Assembly (NCBI RefSeq): GCF_006345805.1
Contig: NC_043020.1
Span: 4,278,001-4,342,000 of the forward strand
Direction of reading: 5' to 3'
Origin: Octopus sinensis
Taxonomy: Eukaryota
Length of the DNA: 64,000 bases
Under the pieces are notes generated by a model. The model searched no databases and was not told where the DNA came from. It saw only the letters and a list, made by a program, of their open reading frames with translations. Each line of letters opens with the position of its first letter. Positions within the stretch are counted from its first letter, which is position 1. This document shows positions 50,975 through 64,000 of the stretch, piece by piece. The position numbers were made by a program, and so were the translations under genes.

Positions 50975-53790
50975 CAAATGGTGCTCCTTAAGTGCCACTA
51001 GCATGGGTGCCAGTTATGTGACACCAAATTCAGCCATGATTACCATTTCACTTGGCTTCATTGGTCTGTTCAAGCATGGCATATCACCAAAGGTCTTGGT
51101 CACTAGTAATTGTCTCTATGAGGTTCGAAGATCAGGCTTTACCACTTCATCCCATGTCTTCCTGGTTTACCTCTACCACAGGTTCCCTCAGAGTTGTCCT
51201 CGTCCATATGCATCACATAACCATATCAGCACAGTCGTCGCTTTTGCACACCACATTTGATGCTTCTTAACTTTTCTCTCAAGATGCTTACACTCTGTCC
51301 TGTATGCACACTGACATTGCACATCCAGCCAAGCATACTGGCTTCATTTCTTTCAAGCCTATGCATGTCCTCAGCTGTCACAGCCCATGTTTCACTGCCA
51401 TGTAGCAAAGCTGTTTGCATATAAGATATAAGTATCTTACACTCTGCCTTTCACTCTGAGAGAGAGGCCCTTTGCCAGCAGAGGTAGGATCTCCCTGGAC
51501 TTTACCCAGCCTAATCTTATTCTCACAGCTATGCTCTTGGAGCACCCCACCTCCACTACTCACTAGGTTACCTAGGTAACAGAAGCTATCTACTACCTCT
51601 AGCTTGCCTCACTGGCAATTGATGGAGTCTATTTTCTGCACATTTTCAGTGTTTATTGTTCTCATGCATCTTCCACATACAAAAACTAATTTCCCTGTTA
51701 ACCTTCCTCTAATATTGCTGCACCTTTTATGTGTCCAAAGCTTATACTGGGTGCATCTTATGGAGTTTCTACCTACAGATTGAGCAGGGCCATCTACCTG
51801 TGATTTGTCTGTCTTCCTACTTCCTAAGACTTTGGTTTTTTGCTAGGTTAACTCTAAGGCCCTTTGATTCTAAACCTTGCTTCCATACTTGGAACTTCTT
51901 CTCTAGTTCTGGTAGTGATTCAGCTATAAGAGCAAGGTCATCAGCATAGAGGAATTCCCATGGGCAGCCTGTCTTAAATTCCTCTGTTTTAACCTGGAGG
52001 ACTATGATGAACAAGAGGGGACTGATGAGCGATCCTTGGTGAATCCCTACTTCTACCTGGAATTCTTCACTATACTCATTACCAGCCCTCACCTTGCTGG
52101 TAGCTTCATTGTGCATGGCTTTTACAGCTTTCACCAACCACTTGTCTATCCCTAGTTTCCACATTGAACACCAGATTGGGGATCGGGGACCCTGCCAAAA
52201 GCTTTCTCCAAGCCAACAAAAGCCAAGTACAAAGGTTTATCTATGGCTAGGTATTTATTCTGCAGCAGCCTTACCAGAAATATACCATCAATGGTGTTTC
52301 TCCCTAGCATAGAGCCAAACTGCATCTCATCTAGACTAACTCTCTCCCTAAATAGTTGAGCTATGACCCTCTCTGTAACTTTCATTACCTGATCCAACAA
52401 TTAGATACTTCTGTAGTTATTTCTGTCTAAAGCATCACCTTTACTTTTGTAACAGTTGACTATGGTGCTGCTGCTACACCAGTCATTGGGTATGACTCCT
52501 TTGTGGACCACCTGATTTACAATGTGGATGACTAGACCATAACCCACAGCGCCAGATATTTTAAGCATTTCAGCAGTGATTCCTGATGGGCCAGAGCCGG
52601 GTGGGGTGTCCCTGTCTTCATATCCTTAATTGTTTTATCTACCAAGTTACTGTCAATTCAGGTAGCTGGTCCCTCTATTGGGTCAACATTTGGCAGATTC
52701 TCCTCCTGCCACTCATTCTCTATGTTCAGCAGTCTTTCATAATGGCATCTCCAAGCTTCTTCCTTTGCAGAATCATTAAACTCAAGTGCACCATCATCCA
52801 TATGGACATATTTCTCTTCTATGACATCATGATTTTCTCTCACACACTGTCTTGCAATTCAAAATACTTCAGTTCTTTGCTCCTCACATTGCTGAACATA
52901 GGCAAACTTCTTCTTTTCTGCTTCTCCCTTGGCTCGATACACCTGTTTCCCAGCCTCCTTTCTGGCTATCCAATACAGTTCCCTGCTACCCCAACTCTTT
53001 CCATCCTTCCAGGCCTATTGCTTTGCTCTGTGTACTGCATCATTCCACCACGATGTCACCCTAAGACATTCACAGATTTGGAATATAATTGAGCTGGCTA
53101 GCAGAGTCACCTGATTGATAGGTTATCAGGTGGCTGGTCAGCTTCCTGAAGTTGGTGTTGCAGATCAATAGGTTGTTTGCATCACAGAACTCCAGCAGCC
53201 TTGTTCCCTTTTTGTTTCGTGAACCAATTCCATGGCTCCCATGTACACCATGGAAAATACTGGACTGCTGTCTAACATGTCCATTGAAGCCCCCAGCCAC
53301 AAAGGTGAGACCCCTGTTATTTGTCTTAGAGGTAACCTGCAGGAGAATATTATAAAAATGGTCCTTCTATTCACTTGGTAGGCCTGTTTGTGGAGCATAC
53401 ACAGAGATAAATGATGCTATGCTATTCTGCAAGACTAGCCTAAGCTTAAGTATTCTATCACTCACTCTGACTACCTCTCTGACCTTATCCACCCATTTCT
53501 CTGCAAGATGTATACCCATACTGCTTACCCCATCACTGTTACCTTCCCAAGTGTTTTCTTGTGTATCTTGCCTGTGAGGAACCTGGCTGAAGCTCCTTGC
53601 CACCTTACCTCTTGGATGTAGCATACATCAACACACCTCCATTCAAGTAACTCAACAGTCTCACTAGACCTACTTTCCAATGTGCCTTCATTAATAGCAC
53701 CAAGTCTGAGAACCTTGTGAAGAGTGTGAGAGGGAACATGGCCAAGAGAGGTTTCATTGGTCATTTGCTAACAGACATGTTACATTCGTT
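50975..53790 (-). mobile_element. Near full-length degenerate RTE LINE ORF (APE endonuclease + RT), antisense to the host gene
   Basis: VDVCYIQEVRW, SDRILKLRL, ISVYAPQ, AGGFNGHV, GTRLLEFC, LLDQVMKV, QFGSMLGR, LEKAFGRV, GIHQGSLISPLLF, FLYADDLAL, LHGSETW occur in order with frameshifts. Confidence 0.9.
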
Positions 53791-55429
53791 GGTCTTGCTT
53801 TGACCTACTATCATTCAAACCTGTTAAAATTGTTGTCCCTGTTGGTAGTGAGTAGCATTGTAAATATAAGCATTACTACTGCAAATATAAATAGGTCATT
53901 GTATAAATTAATTAATTATGTAAATGATCTGCTATTAGTTAGTCCATTATATATATATAGGGAGAAAGAGGTAGGTGGTTTGTTAATTTACTAATAATTT
54001 CCTGTGTAACATATCACCTTTTGGTGCATGCAGTAGTGTGGGCGATTGTTGGTTGTAGGGAAGGATAGTGAAGGTATGCAAGTCTTCTGGTACAGAAGCA
54101 AGGCAGAACCCCGTATGGGTGGTGGTATAGGTGGTGGCAGGAATGAGCAGGCGCATCACAGACAAGCAATGACCAGTTTACTTTTGTTGGGGAGAGAGAC
54201 ATAAAGTAAAATAAGAATGCATACAAATTTTAGAGAACAATGGCAAAAACATTATGAAACAGGGATGGTGAACTAAGATTTTAGGGAATTAGGGTTTAAA
54301 TGTTATTTGAAGAATTAAATAGTTACCGGTTATGATAGTACATGTTAGTATAATGTGTTAGATGAGTGAATGACTGAATAAAGTAATTAAAAAACAAGAG
54401 AAAAGTTCTTAGCTCTGCATATCGCGAAACAGCAGTAAATGAAGCGGATTGAGCAGGATAAGAAAACATGTGCTAAAGATCCTTTATAAGAACCACAGCC
54501 GGCAGTTGTGAAATAAGATGGCCAGTTTAGTCACAAGAAATAGAAATAGCAGCAAGTAGTCATTGTGAAAGAGGGTGCTATGACCAGTTTACTATCATTG
54601 GAGAAAGAGACATGACAACAGCGAAACACAATAATGAATTTTTTCCAAATGGGGAATAAAGTAAAATAAATGCATGTATATAACGAGAATGATTATTCCT
54701 GATTTCGACAAGACCAGCAATTTCAAGGGAGGAGCTAGCCAATTAAATTGTTCCCAGTGCTAGACCGGTACTTTGAGACCCTGCAAGGTGAAATTAAAGT
54801 GGTGATAATAAACACCCTGCTCTCACTCTCTCTCTCAAAAACAGGAACTAATCTTCACCACAATTTCTTAAATAATCCAATTGTTTTTAAGGCTTTTGTC
54901 TACTTGCAGTTGTTTCACTCACAAAAATGTAACAATACAGTAACGATGTTGTCTTGTTTGAGATCCACTATGGCCTGGGAATGTAAGGTCAAAAGAAATA
55001 CCCAGCCAGATGAGGATAATTGCGTGGGTGGTGTGGTAAGAGTGTCTGTTTGAAATATAAAGACATCTGAAGGTAGTTGTAAATTATATAAAACAGAAAC
55101 TCAAAAAATCAAGTGAATGATTGAGAAAAACTCTTGGCATAAATTCTGGAAGAATATCAACAACTGGATTGTAGAATTTTATTTTCAACAACCTAACACT
55201 TCATAATCCCATCACCAGAACCACTAAGAAACATTATTTCACAATCTAATCAATGTATAATGAACTAATTAACTTAATTATTGTCTGCTTTTACATTACC
55301 ACCTGGCACTTTGGATGCCTTCAGTAGGGCCTCTTTTGTTACTAGCATTCAGGTGAGATCTTCAGTTTGGCAGGACCTTCTTCTTTGCCTCCTTCAGATT
55401 TTGGAACCTCTGTCAAAGGTCATAGACAC

Positions 55430-56650
55430 TGCACTTCATCCCAATACAAGGTAGGGAAGCAAAACTTGGAAAAGCCAAACAAAATTTGAAAATGTTTTAT
55501 TGTACATGGAAGAAGTAATGTTTGGCAAAATTATTTGTGCATCAGTTATTACTGCCAATAACAGAGATTCCACTCTGTGTGTCCATTATTTTCTGTCACC
55601 AATTGGATCTGAACACTCCACAAGTTTTTATAATGAAATATTCAGACAATTTGGCCCATTCTTCCTGCAAAATCTGCTTGAGGTGTTCAGTGCTAGGATT
55701 AAAACCTCTGTTGGTTGACTGCTCTAAAGTGTTCCAGATAGAATAGTGTGCTGGAGGAGGGCCAAAAATTAACAAGATTGTCCTTGCAAAATTTTTGCCC
55801 TTTCTTCACTGTATGAGCAGGTGCTCCATCCTGAGTCCACACATAATTACCTTTAGCGTAATTAGCCTTAAGCCAAAACAGGACATGCTATCTTAACACT
55901 TAGTAATAGACATCAGCACTGATTTTCTCAGCAGACTTGACAAAATGTAGGGCCATTTTTTTGCCACCTGATGCCACAACTTCCCAAACCTTCACCTGAG
56001 CAGGTTGCTTTGTTCTGAAGATGCCTTGACTTGAGATGGTGATTCAGCAATAACCTGATCGTCTCATCTGTTCACAACAGCATCCACAGTGATGATTTTC
56101 TCTTCAGAAAATATTTTCACAGTGGATCCAGATCTCTTGAAGGACAACACTTTTTTGGCTTTTTCAAGCTTTCTGACTTTCATTGAATGAGTCAAGAGGT
56201 GTCTTGGAGTTTGTGCAAAGGATTGCATGCCTAAATCACAGTGAACAGCATTTCTTACAGTATTGCCATCAACTTTCATGTCAATTGCCAGCTTCCTCGT
56301 GGATGTGGTTGGATCTTTCAAAATTTTAGATTCGTGATACTGCAGGAGTGCTGGATCTCCTTTTTAATGACTCCTGCAGTGCCTTGTCTCCTCTTAATGT
56401 CTCTGATGACATTCTTGATATTGTAAACTGTGCTTAACGACACATTAACCAACTCAGAAATTCACTTGATGTTAATTCCTGTGCAGAGCAAATCAGCAAT
56501 GCATTGCATCTGTCCTACTTTAGGTGACATTGTTGAACTTGTTCATGAAAAAGCAAATGAAATTGTTACTCTGAGGTCTAATGCTGATGATAAAATTAAA
56601 AAATTGTTATAATTGATCAATGCTCCATAAAAAAAAAAAATAAGGTTTAC
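55430..56650 (-). mobile_element. maT/DD37D-like mariner transposon relic
   Basis: HTH region ISELVNVSLSTVYNIK, KDPTTSTRKLA, KIFSEEKIITVDAVVNR (first D replaced by E), YVWTQDGAPAHT, FWPSSS. The SPDLNPLD segment is deleted, so the spacing cannot be counted. No TIR pair was found. Confidence 0.75.
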
Positions 56651-56659
56651 AAAAATATA

Positions 56660-57148
56660 CAGTGTTCAAAAAGTCTCTCTGCAGTAAGAATTTTATTGCA
56701 AAATAAATATCTATAACATGGTATAAGACTACAAGGCAGCAAGCTAGCAGAGTGGTTAGCACGCCGGGCGAAATGCTTAGCAGTATTTTGTCTGCTGCTA
56801 CGTTCTGAGTTCAAATTCCGACGAGGTCGACTTTGCCTTTCATCCTTTCAGGGTTGATTAAATAAGTACCAGTTACACACTGGGGTCGATATAATTGACT
56901 TAATCCGTTTGTCTGTCCTTGTTTGTCCTCTCTGTGTTTAGCCCCTTGTGGGTAGTAAAGAAATAGGTATAAGACTACAAAAGAATTTATTAGACTTTAT
57001 AAGACTTTAAAAAACTTTATAAGAGGTGTTGAAAGTCTTGTCCTTCATTTTCAATACATAAGTTGACTCTTCTACACTTGTTATGAAATACATCTTGGAG
57101 AGTCAGGATGAGAGAAATTCACTGCAGAGAGACTTTTTGAGCACCCTG
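56660..57148. mobile_element. TA-flanked Tc1/mariner-type MITE
   Basis: Left CAGTGTTCAAAAAGTCTCTCTGCAGT and right ACTGCAGAGAGACTTTTTGAGCACCCTG. TA at 56658-59 and 57149-50. Confidence 0.85.
56735..56965 (+). mobile_element. tRNA-derived SINE (AGGCGGC family) inside the MITE, 15-bp TSD
   Basis: GGTATAAGACTACAA at 56720-56734 and 56966-56980. Confidence 0.92.
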
Positions 57149-58477
57149 TATTTGAGGGAGATTTGGTTGTTATTTGTAGCAGGTCAAGTAACTACCAAGT
57201 AAAGACTTGCTGATTGACTTGTGTGTTGGGGGAGAGTGATGTGCGAATTTGAGTGTTATATTGAGGTCCTTTTTCAAAGAATTAGACATGGTGTAAAGTG
57301 TCAGTTGATGTTGTTACCTAGTACAATTGTTCACACATGATTGAAGAAGACTAGGACTCTGTAACCTAACCCTAACCATCCCAGTTCCTATCTCGTATAA
57401 CAGCTGATCAATCCAACCTATTCATGCCCCAAAGTTGAATAACAATAAAATATACCAGTCATATCAGAATTAAAAATTGTCTTTCCAAAGTTTCTTCAAG
57501 CAATTCCAACGGTAAATCATGGATATCCAATTAAGAGTGGATGGAATATAGCCTTCCAGCAGCCAGAGCCTGTCTTTGAGAAACTGTAGCTGTTGGTGCT
57601 TTTGTCTTTGAAAAGACCAGTGGCTTGGCAGACTCATTAGAGACTTAGACAAAATATCTTCTAGTTTTTGTTCAATGTTTTTACATTCAAGTACTGCTCT
57701 TCATTCTCTTCGGAGATGAGTAAAATAGAGGATCGACCAGCTGTACCCCTTTCCCTTCAAATTTCTGACATTGTTCATGTGGAAGAAATTATTTGAATTA
57801 TCTTGTGGTTCACATAGATTGACATAACATCAAGGTTTTAAGGTTAACATAGGTTGTTGTTTAGCCTAGCTCAGATCACATTCAGTAAACCCATGATCTA
57901 AGCTATTTTAACTATCATCATGAGCATTGTGTAGCTAGGACTACATTATGCAGTATGTTCTTGTTTCAAAATGGTAGGATATAATTTTCAGAGTGATTCA
58001 ACTGCTATTTCTATATAGAGGTGCCTCAATGCTGACATGGGTTGAATAGGTTTACTGCACAATGCATCAACAGTGTATTACCTGTACAGTATTGAACATT
58101 TCTTGGTTTTATGCCCTGTTGAACGGTGATTTCATCTTAGCATCTCTTTTTTGAGTTTTCCTTTTGATGTTATTGGTTATCAGCTCCACCACAGAAGCTT
58201 TTCTCCAGTCATAGCATATTCCCCCATCTGAATTGAATCCTTTCTCCTGCCAAGAATCCTTAATTGAAATTGCAAACACTCAAACAAGAACAGATATGAC
58301 TGGAGGATCCACTTTCGACTGTGTTATTCTGAATCTGATCCCAGCACCTTGGACTCGTGTCTTCTATTATAAAATTCTGTTGACCTGCAATTTTAGAAGA
58401 ATTTGGACAATAGGATATACAACACATTAACAACAGCAGCACATGGCTTCATACATGTTTATTGATACATAAATTCA

Positions 58478-58995
58478 CTATCATCATCATCATCGTCGTC
58501 GTTTAATGTCCTCTTTCCATGCTAGCATGGGTTGGACGAATGACTGAGGGCTGGTGAACCAGATGGCTGCACCAGGCTCCAATCCTGATCTGGTAGAGTT
58601 TCTACAGCTGGATGCCCTTCCTAACGCCATCCACTCCAAGAGTGTAGTGGGTGCTTCTTATGTGCCACCGGCACATGGGGCCAGTCAGGCGGCGAGCTGG
58701 CAGAAACGTTAGCGTGCCGGGTGAAATGCTTATTTTGCCTGCCATTACGTTCTGAGATCAAATTCTGCCGAGGTCGACTTTGCCTTTCATCCTTTCGGGG
58801 TCGATAAATTATGTACCAGTTACGCACTGGGGTCGATGTAATCGACTTAATCCGTTTGTCTGTCCTTGTTTGTCCCTTCTGTGTTTAGCCCCTTGTGGGT
58901 AGTAAAGAAATAGGTACTGGCAATGACCTCGCTCGAATCTTTTTACACATGTCACTGGCACAGGTGCCATTAAGGCAACGCTGGTAACGATCACG
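58478..58995 (-). mobile_element. Solo RTE 3' UTR interrupted by a SINE (58687-58912, +)
   Basis: (CAT)n tail and UTR core lie left of the SINE. The UTR module resumes at 58913 (GGTACTGGC). Confidence 0.8.
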
Positions 58996-59959
58996 TTCAA
59001 ATGGTGCCCACGGAAAAATTACTTTAAAAATCGAATACAATTTTGGAGTGGTTTTTGTTGACTCATTTGCAAAATTTTTGCATCCAAACCAAGTTGCACA
59101 CTATAAAATATAGTGTGTGTGTGTGTGTAATCTGTAATATTTTACCCGTACATCTTCGTTTCATTTTCTGGGAAAACTTTTTCTTTTTCAAAATACTGAA
59201 CGATTGTGAATTAGTATTTTTTTCTTATTTTTAATCAAGCTTTTTCCAAAGTTTATTGTAGAGATGTGAGTATGCATGTTAGTTTTTCTGTAAAGAACTG
59301 AAAAGAAGAAATCTTCGAACCAGTCACAAGGCCCATGGCTGTCTCATCTGCAAGACTGTATCCCTATGTGCAGTGTACTCTTGTGTTCAGTGTGACACCT
59401 CACTTATAATGTTGTGGCATACAACTTGGAACAGACATTGAATGACCTTTCTATAGAAGACAAATGTTTTTATGTAGACTTAGGTCTTTTATTGTTCATC
59501 AGTTGTGATGGTTGATAGAAAATAAATAAATCCTTTGGGCGGCTCTGCATGTTATGCAGTTGTCCATGAAACAAATCTCAGTTGAGAAGAGATTGTCAAA
59601 CCAGCTGAGCCAGAAGAGGTGTAGTTGCAGTTACTGATTCATATCCTGTCATAGTCACTAAACCGGGTCCACAACCAAGACCCTTAATTTTTATCAAGCA
59701 AGTCCACCTAGTAGGTATCATAATGTATATTGTTCACTGTTTTGTCAATGGCAATTATCAACAACCAGTCCACCTAGCTGTATGTAGGAACCACACTGTT
59801 GTATAATAATTCACGGTATTGCGTCATTGTTACTGACAGACAAAATATGTTGTATTTTATTACAAGTTTTTAAGTTCCAATTTCTGGGGAGTTGAGTTAA
59901 AATAACAGATAACGTCCTTCTTCCAAAATTTACCATATTGTCTGTTTTTTATATATAAT

Positions 59960-60493
59960 TCCAAGTACATCAATATCAGTATCAAATGGAAATTGTAGTT
60001 ACGCGATACCTGTGCCGGTGGCACGTAAAAAGCACCATCCAAACGTGGCCGATGCCAGCGTTGCCTTGGCTGGCTTCTGTGCCGGTGCACATGGCCTGCT
60101 GTGCTTGAGGAGACCTGTTGAGTCAAGTGAGGAGACCTGTTGAGTCAACATCAAAATAAATATCAAATGGAAATTCTAGTTGTGATACCTGTGCCGGTGG
60201 CATGTAAAAAGCACCATCCGAAAGTGGCCAATGCGAGCGCCACCTTGACTGGCTTCTGTGCCGGTAGCATGTAAAAAGCACCAACCAATTGTGGCCACTG
60301 CCAGCCTCCCCTAGCACGTAAAAAGCACCCACTACACTCATGGAGTGGTTGCCGTTAGGAAGGGCAGCTAGCTGTAGAAACACTGCCAGATCAGACTGGA
60401 GCCTGGTGCAGCCTCCTGGCTTCCCAGACCCTGGTCGAACCGTCCAACCCATGCTAGCACAGAAAACGGATGTTAAACAATGATGATGATGAT
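59960..60493 (+). mobile_element. Solo RTE 3' UTR with five hairpin modules and an internal duplication
   Basis: GTGCCGGTGGCACGTAAAAAGCACC-like units at 60011, 60077, 60190, 60257 and 60314; (GAT)n tail. Confidence 0.85.
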
Positions 60494-61007
60494 GTGTATG
60501 CATGTACATATATGTGCACCTGAATGTCTCCAGTAGCCTTAATTCTAAGACCTTGTGGAAAGATGTGAGGTGTCATGACATGACCTTCATTACTCACTTA
60601 CCCCTAAGATTATCACAATTGCTGCAAACTTAGTGTGCATCATTCTAGAGTCATCAGAAGGATCTGTACATAACCATCTGTCATTTCTCTTGTTAGACTT
60701 TGGTCTTGGTCAAAATTCTCATTAGGGAAGAACCAACGCATGCTATGTTTGTGAGGATTTTAACCTTGTTACGTAAAAGCTTGGCTTGGATCAAACTGTT
60801 CTCCACATCTTTACACACATAAATTGGGTTCTCCACATTACATACAACTTGCATCAAATGTCTTCATACTCTACAGTTCTGGTAGGGCACTCCAACTCCT
60901 GAAGTTCTTTGGTGATGGCCCTCATTGGTTTTCCAGGATCATTATTAATGATTTGAACCCATTAGATGAATTGTGGTTTCCTTATAGTGCTCAGGCATTT
61001 AGAATGT

Positions 61008-61120
<113 letters not shown>

Positions 61121-61994
61121 ATCATTCCCACCTGAGGCTTCCAATTCTATTCAGACTCTGTGTACAAAAAAGTTTGCAATATTTAGAAAGTTGGGAATTT
61201 CTAAATTGCTGTGAACTGCCCATGTGATGATGATCACAGCATGTCTCCTCATTTCTTGTGTTAGTATCTGCCATGGGGGATAGAAATAAAAGCTTAACTA
61301 GTTTTAAAAGAGTAATATACTGATAAAGTGTCCTCACATACCTTGTGTGCATGTATGCATACATACACACATAGATGTGTGTGTGTATGTAAATGTCTGC
61401 ATATCTGTTGTTCTTCCTTCAGATTCTTATGAAACTACTCTCCTCCCCTCCTAATCCATATCCTTTTTTAATTTCACTTTTGGCTTGCTCCAATACCTCA
61501 TTACTACCCTCCCACTCACCTTTATCTAGCAGGTGGGAGCCATGTTGCTGCACATGCCCCTCTACCATACTTTAGCATGTCAACACCTGCCATAAAGCTA
61601 TGTCTCCCTCTCAAATACTTCCACAACCCCACTTCGTCAAGGGACCTTTTTCCTGTCTTGCAAGTTATTTGATGACTTGTGGCAGTGGCACTAACTGTTG
61701 GAGTTAGGAAGGACATCCAACGGTAGAAACTCTGCCAAACCTGACGCTGGTGCTTGACCCAGCCCCGAGGCTTGCCAGATCCTCTCAAACCATCCAACCT
61801 ATGCCAGCATGGCAAATGGACAGTAAATGATAATGATGCACACTCACAATTTTTGTCTTCATCATCAGCCTCCCACCATACTGGGGCACCACTTTGAGCT
61901 GGGACTATTTTTATCAGTTTCTTTTGCCAATCTATTAATTTATGGTTGTCAAATAGTGGAATGGACAAACACAGACACTTGTGTGTTGTATGTG

Positions 61995-62029
<35 letters not shown>

Positions 62030-62032
<3 letters not shown>

Positions 62033-62160
62033 TAGGTTTCCACACAGTTTCTGTCAGCCAAATTTACTCACAAGGCATTTGTTGGCCTGGGGTCAAGTGG
62101 GACTGAACCTAAAACCACATGGTTACAAAGCAAGCTTCTTAAACAGACAGCAATGTCTGA
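62030..62160 (-). mobile_element. CORE-type tRNA SINE, partial
   Basis: Same family as 3010-3170, flanked by (CA)n and (TA)n. Confidence 0.7.
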
Positions 62161-62170
62161 GCCTATATAT

Positions 62171-62259
<89 letters not shown>

Positions 62260-63051
62260 TTAAACTTACTTGGAAAAGGATGCATAGTGTTTGATCATAT
62301 AATAATATATAAATATATGCATATATACATATATATATGTACATGCCTACATATATATGTATATATATATACATGCATAGATGGGTATAGGACATCAAAA
62401 AAACGTTGAACACAATGAGAAACAAAAGCATAAAAACATAGAAAACAAACTTTTTTTTTAACAAAGAAAAAAACAGAGAAACAAGACATGCAACATAAAG
62501 AACATTCCCCTTCGTCAGTTGCACCTGTCTCATCTGCTCTGCGTTTCGAAGGCAAAGACAATACACGACTTGATTGAAACAGTCCTTCCCGCAAAGCAAA
62601 TTAAATAAAATTTGGGATTTTTTGCGGAGAGTGAAAGTGAAAACAAGAACAGGACAGTGAGAACAAAACAATAAAAACAAACGGTGAGGGCTGTTAAGCG
62701 AAGATAATAGAAACATTATGAACGCTAGGAAGACGAACTTATGAGAGGAGACAGGTAGTTAGGGTGTTGCACTCGTGATTGCAGGATCGTGTTTTCAATT
62801 CTGAACCGGTTGGTTTGTTACATTCTTGAGTATAACACTTCATCTCGCATTGCTTTGCGGTCACTTCAATACCTGACATGTGGAACCCCGTGCATCTGTT
62901 CAGGCCATGTCCATTTTGATGGAGAGAGTTAGCTAATGTACAGCACAAGCATTTGATCGCTATAAACTCATCATTGGTGCAGGTTGTGCAGTAAGAAATT
63001 GTAGAATCACCATTTTCAGACTATGAGAGACTTCTATCAAATATAATTTAA

Positions 63052-63271
63052 CCCTTTAGCATTCAAACCAGCCATATCTGGCCAAAATATTTAACCTGTT
63101 TTATATTGAAACTGACCAGATCTCGCCTCTCACCTCAGCCCTACCATGTCATTCTAAAACTAAAAAATCACATCACTGAAATCTCTAAACTACAAGATAA
63201 TGCATGATTAATTCAAAGCAATATAAATAAACAAACATCACATTTGACAAAATAATCTGAACACTAAAGGG
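63052..63271. mobile_element. piggyBac-type MITE
   Basis: TTAA (63048-51), CCCTTTAGCATTCA ... TGAACACTAAAGGG, TTAA (63272-75). Confidence 0.85.
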
Positions 63272-63837
63272 TTAAAGATTTATCCCTGTCATATACTGCC
63301 CCCACCCACCACTCCTGATTCTACCTGTGAGTTACATTAAGAGAACTTAACTGAGAGATACTCAACCAATTACACACACAAGTTATAAAGTATTTCATTT
63401 AGACATTTTATGCATCTAATTTCTTTTCATTTGGTAAAAAAAAATCTTATTCTTGACTCCAAACTTATTGAAAAACTACTTTTTTCTTTTCATTTTTCTG
63501 TCTTTCTTCTTCTCCTTTGCCTCTCTCCACTGGTCGGCAATCAGTCATATTTTATTCTTGTCTCCCTGTGTAATTCACGTCCCACTATGTTGTTGCTGGT
63601 GGGGGTGGGGAATAACAGGAACTGTTTAAGCAGGACACAGTTCCTTCCTGTTCTTCATGTAATTTTATAAAAACACACCTGTAATTACAAAACACATTCT
63701 CAGCCTCAACTTTACAAAAGAGTGGTGGATGGAAGTGCCCTGACTCCCTCCTCTTACACTTAATTACCTTTCTTTACCTTTATATTTTATCATTCTTTAA
63801 TAAGGTGTATACATGTATATGTGTGCATGTATATATA

Positions 63838-63869
<32 letters not shown>

Positions 63870-64000
63870 CACCATCTCCAGTCAGTGGGATTAATTTACA
63901 CTTATAATAACCCCTGTAGCCTGAGCAAGGTCAGTTAGGGCAGTGTATGTATTATCTGCCCCTAGCGCTGTTGCTTGCATTTTATAATTATTATAATTTC

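Noticed and set aside
57470-57660. F-box-like LDIHDLPLELLEETL on the minus strand
   Set aside because: Bounded by stops within about 25 codons, with no convincing splice sites.
59990-60335. CRISPR-like repeat-spacer array (25-bp hairpin repeats, spacers of about 30-40 nt)
   Set aside because: Eukaryotic context with no cas genes. The same modules follow the RTE stop codon at 15300-15480, and the spacers are related to each other.

Overview
This is animal genomic DNA, AT-rich and dominated by repeats. The SINE types and very high (TA)n/(CA)n/(TATG)n load suggest an octopus (inference). Only one host-gene coding segment is supportable: the first coding exon (28386-28746, +) of a ZSWIM4/5/6-family Cullin-RING adaptor gene. 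Its next intron appears to run past the window end (>35 kb). The rest is decayed transposons: two tandem L1/Tx1-like relics, a Penelope-like element split by a CR1 3' fragment, several RTE LINE copies and solo RTE 3' UTRs, pogo/Tigger-like, Tc1 (probably DD36E) and maT-like DNA transposons, TA- and TTAA-flanked MITEs, and two tRNA-derived SINE families. Most ORFs in the supplied track are microsatellite artefacts. I found no CRISPR array, rRNA or intact tRNA gene. The most notable structures are a 750-bp almost perfect palindrome in the ZSWIM intron, a modular double-hairpin array with covariation in RTE 3' UTRs, an in-frame exon-1 read-through ending in stop-AATAAA-(GU)n, and three smaller hairpin or inverted-repeat elements. 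None is proven functional.
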